This document shows positions 1-11,600 of a DNA stretch of 64,000 nucleotides, one piece after another (position 1 is the stretch's first letter; every line of letters begins with the position of its first letter). This DNA is from Antedon mediterranea (Eukaryota > Animalia > Echinodermata). Both the position numbers and the translations under genes were made by a program. The notes beneath the pieces are model-generated. The model worked only from the letters and a program-made list of their open reading frames with translations. It had not been told where the DNA came from and made no database searches. Location of the stretch: the NCBI RefSeq assembly GCF_964355755.1, contig NC_092675.1, positions 15,286,912 to 15,350,911 of the forward strand. Direction: 5' to 3'.

Positions 1-995
1 GCATGCTAGCTAAAGATGTTTTAAAATATCTCTATGCATACCTGCCAACATTTAAGAAATCAAAATTCTTAGATTAGATTGAATAGAAACATATACCTTT
101 AGATTAATTTGAGACGTATTTAAAGTTTGTTACAGAGTTATATGACATACTGTACTGTAGGCCAAAGGTAAAACATGCTTACTTAAATTAAAAATTACTA
201 GGACGATACAATAAAACCGAGATTATAACAAAAAATATAGAAAAATATGCTATAATAATAATATTAGTAATTATTAGTTTAATTCTTATTAGGTGATCAT
301 TATTTTTGGTGATGGTATTTATTCAATGTGATATAATACAATTTTGTCATTATATACACAGCCGCTGTGCATATAGCCACAAACATAGCAGTACGTTTAC
401 ACTTCTGACATAAATCCAGGTGATATCCTGTGTACCTCTATATAAAATAGAAAAGCTATTTGTTGAACTATTCAACATTTCTAACAAAACTTAAATTACA
501 ATGTAAAATGGGCGGTCTACAATATCAATCGACATCGGTTAGATTTAGAGACATGCGCATTCCTAATGCGCACGCGCATGGTTTGGTCGCATGACAAATT
601 TAGATTACTAGATCATCTAGGTCGTGCCCACAGAATACACAGTAATTTATTTATGTAGTCAACCAAAATTAGCACCCTGAGAATTACTTCCAAAGAGAAA
701 CTTGTCACAACATTTTTTATTTGGACTCATTTTCACAAACCCAATTTGTGTTTCATGTAACATTAGGGTTGACAGATGGGGAAGAGGATAGATACAAAGA
801 GGAAAAATGTTTGAATATATTCTTATCCACTCAGTAAAATATTCTTTTAATGTTTTATAGGCCTATAAATAATATACCACTAAATACAGTAAAACAGTGG
901 CAATTTAATACTTTGTTAATTAAAACTCTCACTGTGAGTCATAGTCAATTGAAATAGTAAAATACTTGTAACGATACACCACTACAATGTTTATA

Positions 996-3000
996 TCTAT
1001 ATATAAATTATGGTTAATTCTGACATAGGCGAGCACAATGCAAAAACTTCGGTACAAATCTCCGCCTTGGATACCTACCTTATCTCAGATGTACCGCGAA
1101 ACGTAGATTTGATAACATTAGTGTTCAGTTCGACGCTATTGTTCCATTTCCTATCTTAGGAAGATATTATAAAGAGTTTTTTAACAAAATTTATGATTCC
1201 AACAGTAGATTTTCAACTCAATTTCAATTCTTCGCAGTCTAAGTAATTTCCGGGTTTACAATAAGTTCACCTTGCAACAACCTGGTTTCAACTATTTTCT
1301 CTCTTTTATACACAAGGGAGCAGTTAAAATAATAGATTTGACCCTAAAGGTGACTGGAAACAGGCACTTTCCATCAATCAATACAGTGTCCCTTTGGAAG
1401 ATGAAAAAAAAATCAGATAGTAGGACTGGAGCTTAAGTTGGCCATTAGTCATAGCCATTTCAGTTTTTTGTTTATTTTAAAACATACCGCTTGTGTGTGA
1501 AGGTACAGTTAAAAAATAGAAATTATACTGCAAATTAATAAAGATCAAATTTAATATACGCCATAAAGAATCGGAATATATTGTGGGGAATAGTATTATA
1601 AAATTACATAGGGAGCTTTGATAAGACATTTTGTTTAAAATCGAGTGAAATCCTAATACCGTACTGACGCGGGTATAAGCCCACCCCCCTTGAACATGAA
1701 ATCACGTCAAGTTTGGGGGGTGGGCTTATACCCGAGGATCCAAAAATGCAGATCGTCAAAAACAGCACATGTAATACACTGTGTATTCCACCATGTGAGC
1801 GAGCGCCCTCACATGTAAGACGTTGGCTCTAAATACACGAGGTGTAGAGTGTCGGAAAATTAAGCTTATAGTTCGTGTAATTTATCGTAGAATATCTTAT
1901 TTTAAACATCAATTGAACAAGAATTTATCAAGCAGAAAAGCAAGTATACAATGTTCGTTAAATAGAAATGTACCAAAGAAATTTAATAAGCTTGTTTATG
2001 GTAGCCGATACTAAATAGTGGTTTTCTGTTTTGGCGACTTGTAGCGTCGTGTGTGAAGCGATCTTCGACCGCGATGGAGTGTAAACAAAACAGGACCGCT
2101 AGGCCTCATATGGCCTAGCGTATATTAGCCTAGCTTGATTATGATCAAAGGTAGGTGTATTCGGTGTATGGACGTCGCCAAATACAAAATAATGTATTAA
2201 GACACACACTGTAGATCTTCGAATTAATGGGTGGGCTTATACCCGAGTGCCTCATTTTTCATGAAAATTAGTCAAAAGTCGGGGGTGGGCTTATACCCGA
2301 GTATGGGCTTATACCCGCGTCAGTACGGTAATAGCTGAGTTTTATTGAGTAAGCTGGCAGGAATAACTGTAGGCTATCTTCCTGTGTCCTGTTAGGACCG
2401 AGATGTCTGCCCATGTTGCAAGCCGTAATGTCTTCTTTCTTGGGCCCACTCTGTCATGGCAGTTAGTTTCAAAAGATGTTTCAATTAAATAATGTATTAA
2501 TAATTATTAGGATGGTATTTATTTGAATAACCCCCCCTCCCCCTCCCCCCACACCAACCCAACTATCTAATAAACATCCATCCACATTTATAATAACACA
2601 ATTATACTATTTGTAGTAGAATTCATCGCACTGTTATCTACAATTTACCATGCATTCGTTATTCTTTTTTACCACTTTTCATATCTATTAGAGGATTTCA
2701 TTTGATTATAAATGTTACCATATTCTTAAAACTAAAAAATTTAACATATATCCCTCGAATAAACACCTCCCTCAAATGAACTCCGCCTCCCCAAAGGGCC
2801 CTACCAAACAATAAAAACTATACCTTAAAATGTTATTAATCATCTAAAACACTGTGAAACAAAGTAGTTTAGTTTTACGAATGTCAAGCATTTTCAATAA
2901 TGGTAACCGACAGAAAACGTATAAGGAGAACATTATCATTCCGAGAACTCTCGTCTACACTTCCTAGAGGGGGAGCGAGCGAAACGAGCTCACCCTCTAG
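996..3000 (+). mobile_element. Non-autonomous Helitron-like element
   Basis: A|TCTATATATA 5' end; GAGGG..GAGCGAGCGAAACGAGCTC.CCCTC hairpin then CTAG|T 3' end; no TSD; related segments on the - strand at 44375-44890 and 46070-46223. Confidence 0.8.
1659..2328. mobile_element. Tc2/pogo-like MITE nested in the Helitron
   Basis: TIR CCGTACTGACGCGGGTATAAGCCCA, TA flanking both ends, repeated subterminal GGGCTTATACCCG motifs; absent from the paralogous Helitron segment near 44470. Confidence 0.88.
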
Positions 3001-3399
3001 TATTTTTAAATTATTAATTAATACAAACTTTGAGAAGCAACTGTCAGTATAAAGTTTATTTATTTGTATATTATGTGTTTATAAGTAGTATAATAATATA
3101 TATATAATAGTATACAGTAGGGCCTACCCACACTCACAGTAATAAAGTTTATTTATATATTTGTTTATGTTTAGTTGTTGGATATTCGATTGTAAAAGTT
3201 ATTGTGAAGCTGTTGTTTAAAGTGCTTACTGGATTGTTGAAAGTTGAAGATGATTGAAATTAAAAAGCTTTGTTTTGAGTTATTTTACAACTTTATGGAT
3301 TTTTTTGTGTATACTTTTATGTCACAAGGGAGTTCTTAAAGTATTTTCAACCGCTCGGAAATTTGCGTAAAGGGAGTTCGTGACCATAAAGCTTTACCG

Positions 3400-3884
3400 T
3401 ATTCAGAATGTACATATTATATTTGCTCTAATAAAACATTTTACGAAAAAATTATTGAAAGTATGACATTTGACCCTCGACCCTATTTCTCAATATTTGC
3501 ATACCTTATTTAGCAACTAAAATGTATGTACAGACTTTGTTTTGGCCTCAAATGACTGGGATACAGGTTTTTAAGGTAGTGATACAGGTGTGATTTTTAG
3601 ATTACTAAACAGTCCTATTTTGGCTATTAGAAACCTGTATCCAAGTCTTTTGAGGGCAAAACAAAGTCTCTACAGACATTTTAGTTTCATTTTAAAGTGG
3701 TCCATGCTGGCTTTTAGGAACCTACAGTATGTCTGAGTCATTTGAGGACAAAATGTAGTCTCTACATACATTTCAGTCACATTGTGTATGCAAAAATTGA
3801 GAAATGGAGTCGATGGTCAAATGTACTTCCGGTCATTTTATCGTAAAATGTTTTATTAGAGTAAATATATATACATTTTGAATA
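3400..3884. repeat. Foldback/MITE-like inverted repeat
   Basis: 3400-3455 is the imperfect reverse complement of 3835-3884; inner arm 3516-3572 pairs with 3631-3686 and 3736-3778. Confidence 0.65.
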
Positions 3885-4221
3885 AATCAGTGAAAAAATC
3901 AAGTCTCTCTGACTAGTAGTTTTTGAGATATGGTTACTCTGTAATTTCACCCTAATTTGCATATTTAAGCTAAGTTGCATCTCATCGGGATGAGTGACAG
4001 AGATGTGATGGTCAAATTTTCATCTCCTCATTGAGGCGTCACAATAGATGAAATTGCGTAGTTGATATGTGACATAACAACTTGCTAAACATGGCCGCTG
4101 AGACATCAATTGACTATTATTTTTTGCCATTTTTTAGTGTTTATCCATAAAATTCATGAAAGTGATTATCGTGTTAGGTTAAATGTCAAAATAAGGTTTT
4201 TTTGAACATTTTGTGTATTCC

Positions 4222-4624
4222 ATTTTCTTGACCAATGGTATTAAAATGTTTCCTGGTAATTTTTGGTAAAAGTCCATTAGAGTGAATAGTTTATATGTAT
4301 CTTCTGAGTATTTTGACACCATGACTACGACCATATTCGCCCAACAATTTCTGAGATATGAAAAGTGTGCTAACTAAAGCCAAAAATGTTTGTACCGGCT
4401 ATTGTCACATGTCAAAATTAGGGGTTTATTGAAATTGTTATGATTTTTATTACATTAAAACAAATATAAACATACTTTGCGAGTAATTTGTGTCCATGAG
4501 TGACTGCTGAGATATATGGCCAATTTCTTGACCAGTGGTCAAAAAATGGGTTTCCGTCCACTTTTAGCAAAAGTTGCCCATTAGAGTGAATAGAAATATG
4601 GGTCTTCTGTGTAGTTTGTCACCA
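4222..4624. repeat. Diverged direct repeat, ~300-bp spacing
   Basis: tttcttgacca..ccattagagtgaatag..tcttctg..cacca block at 4222-4321 and again at 4524-4624. Confidence 0.6.
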
Positions 4625-5454
4625 AATCTATTCCAATACACCCAGTAGTTACCAAGTTACGGCAAGTCTTAACTCTGAACATATTGACCTTTTGGCCCCC
4701 TGTACTGACCAAGCATCACAATTTTTTTTCGCCCTACACCAAAAATTAGATTTGTATTGATATAAGGTAGCAAAGAAACATAGTTTGCTAGTGGGTACGG
4801 TGCAGGTAAACCCTTTCTGGCTCCCCTTAACTATACTCTCAATTCACAACAACATAAACAGTGGTTGATAAGGCTTATAAAATATATAAGACATAGGCTA
4901 GATTATGTTAATTCGTATATTTAATTATTTATTAATTAATATAAGGGTAGGAATAGTGATAATATATATTTTTTTAAACTGGTATGAAAATACCGATACT
5001 TTTTAAAGAAAGGTAGAAACAGTTGGACTAAATCGGTAAGCAGAAGGAAAGGTAAAAAATCGGTAGCCTACCGCATAATTTGATAGGATTGGTGGTATGT
5101 CTATGGAAAAATGCGGTTGTAACATAATGGCCTGTAATATAAAGTGATTATAATACAGTACTGTACTATTATAACATATAATATATACTTGATATTTTAT
5201 GTTATGTTCCGGACTCCAATAATAATGAAAATACACACTTCAAATATGTATAGTGGTTTTAGATGTTTTATTCTCACTCCTTTTATATCTACACATGTGC
5301 TCGGTCTTATTTATCTTCTTTCTCTGTCGCCCTCTATCGGACGTTATGTCTTGTATATTTGGAGGGTTACACTATTACATTAAAAATAAACTATTAATGT
5401 TAACGCTCTTTTTAATTTGCTAATGTTATTAATATATAATTAATATATTTTTAG

Positions 5455-5658
5455 ATGAGTTTTGATGGATTTTTCTTTGCCCGTTTGGATTATGCTGATA
5501 AAAAGCATCGAATGATACAAAAAGAAATGGAAGCAATATGGCATGGCAGTTCAAGTTTAGGAAATACAGCAGATTTGCTGTTTGGCGCCCTCTACGCCCA
5601 TTATAACCCACCTCCAGGATTTTGCTATGATCAGTTTTGTAACGATCCCCCAATCCAG
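5455..5658 (+). CDS. MAN2B1: alpha-mannosidase exon A (204 nt)
   Basis: ttttag|ATG...CAG|gt; encodes [16 protein letters not shown]...[19 protein letters not shown]. Confidence 0.93.
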
Positions 5659-8600
5659 GTATTGTATTCCTTTACTAGAACTTTTCTTTTGTATCACTGT
5701 TGTTTTATGTGTTGTGGATATATGACTAATATTATGCCTATCTTTTCATACTTTTTCTTTTTAATATTATATTTTGTTTTAATATATTTGTTCACTTATT
5801 AATTTCTTGCATGTTTGGCTGCAATTTTAAATTAACTTTACACTTGGCTATGTACCAAACTTATTGTAACTTTAATATGTATTACGATGGCTTTTTCTTT
5901 GGACGATTACATTTCTTGAACCATTTCGAAGAAAAATTAGTAATAGATAGTATGCGAGCATACCATCTAGGTCGTGCCCACAGATGGTTCTCGAATACAT
6001 AGTAATTTCAGCATAAAAAACTGGCGATTTTAAATGTACATACCGCAGGACAATAATACATGTCGTTAATACAGGAACGGATAAATAGACATGGTGATTT
6101 ATGTAGTCAACTAAAATTAGCCCCATGGGAATTACTTCCAAAAGAATTACTTCACAAAATGAGTCAAAATGTTTGAGTCAAATATAAACAAACCTAATTT
6201 GTGTTTTGTATTAGGGTTGAGGGATGGGAAAGAGGGTGGTTGCAAAGAGAAATATTCTTTATCCATTTAGTATCGAAATATTACCGTCCACATTTAACAT
6301 TAATTAATATTTGACGTTGTAGCGTGTAGACGTGTGTCGCTGAGCTATCTGCAAGACACCTCTATTTTCCTTATTTTCGTTGTTTAACTTGTTGATGTGT
6401 CTTATTTAGCGATTACTAAGTGTTGCTTGTTGGTTTAGATGATATTTTGATGAATTTTGATGGATTTTTGTGCTTGTACGTTCATAATTTAGCCGTTTTT
6501 GTGCTTGTCGCCGGTTTGGTCTTGTTTTTTTTTTTTTGGACACGGTACGGTACGCAATGACAAAGGAACTGCATATACAGGTGGAGGTAAACAATAGACC
6601 GGCTTGTATGCATACCGGTAGCGATTCTCGGCCTAGAAAACGACCAAGAAGGAAACGCAGAGGTGTTAAGCTAAGAAGGAAAATTGATACAAGGGTAACT
6701 TTTCGTTCAGTAGGAAATAAGGTGACCCAAGGTCGTAATATTGGAAATTTGATCCCATGCATCACAGGGGATTTAGCTGCACCGACAATTATGTATACGA
6801 ATGCGTGGTCATTAAAGAATAAAGCAGACGAATTTCACTGTACCTTAAAGAAACATAATGTAGATGTAGCGATAGTCACTGAGACATGGCTAACAGAGGA
6901 AACACAAGGTATTGTTAACTTTTGCGATTATAAAGGCGTTTTTGAAAACAGAACTGATAAAATCGGCGGTGGCGTAGCATGCTTTGCAGCGGACCACCTG
7001 GAAATCCATCCGATTGTTACGCATACTGATTGCAAATTCGAATGCCTATGGTCAAAAATTAGCTATCGCTCTACACAGAACAGCAACACGCGTTCTATAT
7101 ATATCGGAGCTATTTACTACCCGCCGTCTGCCAACTACCCCAACCAACTTTTAGAGCATGTTGGAAATGTAATTGATAGTATTTATGGAATGGATAGATT
7201 GGCAAATATCATAGTACTTGGTGACTTCAACCATCTAAACACTACCTATATGCAATCTGAATTAGGTATGGAACAAATGATTGATTTTCCTACCCATAGG
7301 AAAAATAACATCCTTGATAAAGTGTTCATGAATCGACCGGAGAGATACAGTAAAGCCACTAAGTTGGCCCCCTTAGGACGTAGCGACCATTGTTGTATAC
7401 TATTGAAACCAATCCATGTTATACCTACCTCTAACTACACCACTTGTACTATCCAACCGTATCGTAACTCGTCGGTTAGATCATTTGGATCGTGGAGAAC
7501 TGCCCATGACTGGTGCCATGTTCTTGATAGCGAATCAACAAGTGTTAAAACAAATGAATTTCTTACTGTGCTTAATGGGAAATTTGCAGATTTTTTCCCC
7601 GTGAAATCGATTTGCCATAAGAAAACCGATAAGCCGTGGATGACGCCAAGAATCAAGAGATTGATTGTAGAACGACAGTTGGCCTTTTCTAGTAACCATA
7701 CCCAACAATGGCGAAGGATACGTAACTCCATACAAAGAGCAATTACGCACGCGAAGGAGAAGTTTTACGCGACCTCATTAAAGTGTCTAAAAAGCAATAG
7801 CCCTGCTAGATGGCACAAAGGAATTGTGAATCTCTGCAATCTAAAGAAAAATGACACGTTTAACATCCCTGGTCTATCAACGCAAGCGGCTGTTGAAGTA
7901 ATTAACCAACATTTTGCCACGATTTGTAGTGAACTTTCAGCGCTTGACATTACAAAACTACCAAGTTACTTACCAGCATCGGAACCCCCACCCGTTATCT
8001 ACCCAGGACAAGTGAAATCTGCAATCGATAAGTTAAACATACAAAAAGCAGGACACCCAGAAGATCTACCGATCAGATTAATTAAGGAATTCTCATTTGA
8101 ACTCTCTTATCCATTAGCGGACATTTTTAATTCTTCTTTAAATGAAGGTAATTTTCCTGAACAATGGAAAAAGGCTACTATAATACCAGTTCCTAAGGTT
8201 CCAGATGCTAATAATTGTAATGACCTTCGGCCTATATCCCTAACACCCATTTTTTCTCGGATATTTGAAAGCTTTTTAGCGGAGTGGGTAACTAATGATA
8301 TAAAAGATTCTTTAGATAGTAAGCAATTTGGTTGTCGTAGAGGCTCGTCAACTTCACACTACCTCGTAGACTTGATAAATTCTGTTGTATCTGACCTGGA
8401 GGGGGGTAGCAAATATTTAAACTTATGTGCTGTAGACTTTACGAAGGCTTTCGATCGTGTGGATCATAATGTTGTCATAAATAAATTAATATCCATAGGA
8501 GTGAGGCCGTCCATTCTTCCTACCGTTTGTAGTTTCTTCTTAAATCGCACATGCAATACCAAAGTTAAGGGAGCCACCTCTTCAAATTCTAATATTACTT

Positions 8601-11600
8601 GTGGGGTGCCCCAGGGCACGAAGTTGGGCCCCCTTCTCCTTTTGGTATTAGTCAATGATGTTGCTGAGGGAACTGACAGGCGGTGGAAATATGTGGACGA
8701 CCTCACTCTTAGTGAAGTAGTTAGAAGTAGTGATAGCCAATTGTTGCAGCACACTTTAAATCAATTTGATGATTGGTGTTTGATAAATAGAGTCCTCCCC
8801 AAGCCATCCAAGTGCAATGTGATGCGTATTTCCTTCCTAAAGTCCGACTGTCCTCCCAGTTTCAATCTAAATGGCCATGATCTTAAATGTGTAAATCACA
8901 TTAAACTGCTTGGTGTCACCTTGCAGGATAACCTTAAATGGAAGATGCATATTCATGATATCGTTGCTAAAGCATGTCGACGTTTGTACACTTTGATTAT
9001 ACTTAAGAAAGCCAAGGCGCCTTCTAAAGATTTACTACAAGTATATACTTGCTATATACGTCCTTTAGTTGAATATGCATGCCCTGTGTGGCACAGTTCA
9101 ATTACGAAAGACCAAACTAAGTCAATAGAAAGAGTTCAAAAAAGAGCTCTACGAATCATTTATGGCATGAACTATGTATCCTACGAGTCTGCTCTTAAAT
9201 TGTCAGACCTTCCATCGCTAGTTAACAGAAGAGTCCAACTCTTACTGAAATTTGGTAAAGGAATAATAAAGTCCGATACATTTAGAAGCATTCTTCCACC
9301 TGTTCGTGACATTAGCAGAACCCTGAGGTCTGCGAGTAAGCCTCTACTCAAAATTCCGTTTGGTCGTACAGAAAGATTTAGATCTTCACCAGTCCCTTTT
9401 TTAGTCCGACTCATTAATGATGAATATTGAATAGGCTGGCACTATTTTAACTTACAGGTGGACCAATTTTAATGTGGTAAATTATTATTTTTTTTTTTAA
9501 ACTAGTTTTACCTTTTATACATAATGTATTTATATATTTTTATCAAATTTTGTAAAATACTACTTTTCAGCCTTTTGGCTGCCGTTGTATTTTGATGTCT
9601 TTTTATGAATAAATATACCTAAATGATTAATAAAGTTTCAATATTTAACACAAAAATACAACAAAATCTAAAACAAACTTGTGTTTTTTTAAAACCTACA
9701 AAGACAATGGACAAGAAATTGAAGTTGAATCACAAACACACAAACAAACAATAACGAATAAACATGCATAACAATATTAAGAACTAGAAGGTACTCCAAG
9801 AGTACAAACCTCCGCCTACTGTAAAATTCCCCTACATAAAATGTTCCTGGAAAATATATATATTTTTAAAATTTGTTTTTATTAGTTGCAAGTGTAAAGG
9901 CTAACTGCACACTACAAAGTTGTGGATGACAGTTTGATTTAATGGTTATGTATCCAGCCTCTCACAGTTGAGATTTCTGGTTCAAGTCCCACTGAGGTTT
10001 TTTTTTGTTATTATTTTTTTAATTTCTTTTTTGTTTGTTTTTGTTGACCTTGATCTTTGACCTTGACCCTTTAAAATTTACCACACTTATATGATGTCAT
10101 TGCTCATTGTGGCTAAGTTTTGTGAGAATTGGATAAAAACTATGGTCTCTAGGCAGTAAAATAGTTTTGTGTTAGTTGTGACCTTGACCTATGTCCTTTC
10201 CCCCTCAAATTCGAACTCATCCGAGCTTTTGAGGCATAGATCATTGTGGCCAAATTTGTAGTATCATATTCCAAAATGTCAAGGAACATTGCACTAGAGC
10301 ATACTTCAGTTTGCAATAATAAAATCATGTCTTTTTAAGATATTCCATATATACCCAGTTCTTTTTTTTTAAATGATGGAGGCTCCACTGGAATTTGACG
10401 ATGTAATATAATAGGATTAATTCCTAAAGAGTGAATTGCTAAACTGCAGCTGATATACAGATCTGAAACATTTACATATTAATGAGTTCATTTTCGTAAA
10501 CCGAGACAAAGGAAAATGTCAGATAAACATTTATAGAAAAGAATATCTTTTAAATACAAATTTAATTGGTAGGCCCTAGTATCATTTAAAAAAAAAGGTC
10601 CATGGTTTAATCCTGAACTAGTGCCAGGGTTGTAACTTACTCTTTCAACTCCACTCCCTAATCCTCAAATGAGACTTAGTTTATACACACAATAAATTAT
10701 AAAATAGTTTATCCATCTTGTAATTTCACGATAAAATAACTGTTTTTATAAAGCTCTATTGGTCATATTAAAACAAAATCATTTTTTTTTCAATAAATAA
10801 AATAATGTATACCCTCCAAAAAGTCATGCATACAGTAATGTTACTAATTTTTACGCCACAAGAACACTAAATACATATATTACTATTGGTGATATTTGAG
10901 ATCAAAATGTTGCATAATTTTTTTATGTAACAATTATTAATTAAATAGTTTATACAGTACCCTACAGTACTTATTGGTAACAAGAAATGCAAAATATGTT
11001 CAATAAATTCAAAGTTATTAGCAAAAATGTTACCCCTTACCCTATAATTTTTAAGGATTACAAATTACTAATACGGTCAAAATTCTTTATATTGTTAGGG
11101 CCTATACATGTTTATTTGTATTTAATCTTTAACTTCAATTTTTTGTACATTGTCTTTATAGGTTTGGAAAAAAAACATCAGTTTGTATTAGATTTGTTGT
11201 ATTTTTTAAAATTCAAACTTTATGAATGTTAAATTTGAACGAAATTGCATTTTTTGTTAATGTTCAATGACTGTTTGACCTACAACGGATGTCAATATAT
11301 TTTACGTTTTATTTTTTCAAAATGAATATAACAATTAGGCAATCTACACAGTACATATTAATACAACAAAAAGCAAATTTGATCACTAAATACAAAGTTA
11401 TTAGCAAAAATTTTAGCCCTATAATTGTTAATAACAAATTATTCTAACGGACAAAATGTCTTCATAAATTCACAGAATATTTGTTCGTTAAATTTAAATT
11501 TTCTTGTTCATTGTGTCTATATAGGTTTAGGAAAACATTAACATAAGATCTCAATATATGTTTGTATTTAAAATTGAAATGTATAAGTTAATTTAGAAGA

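Larger units (their letters stand above)
614..3090 (+). repeat. Unclassified interspersed repeat R, copy 1 (614-995 and 3001-~3090), split by a Helitron-like insertion
   Basis: Starts catctaggtcgtgcccacaga, as does the copy at 5964. It aligns across the insertion to the uninterrupted inverted copy at ~17803-18300. Confidence 0.8.

Noticed and set aside
5659-5802. C-terminal part of the 115-aa ORF 5455-5802
   Set aside because: Read-through into the intron after the CAG|GT donor at 5658.
9924-10000. tRNA-like stretch with GGTTCAAGTCCC
   Set aside because: Degenerate and embedded in a HINE-like repeat; not a supportable RNA gene.
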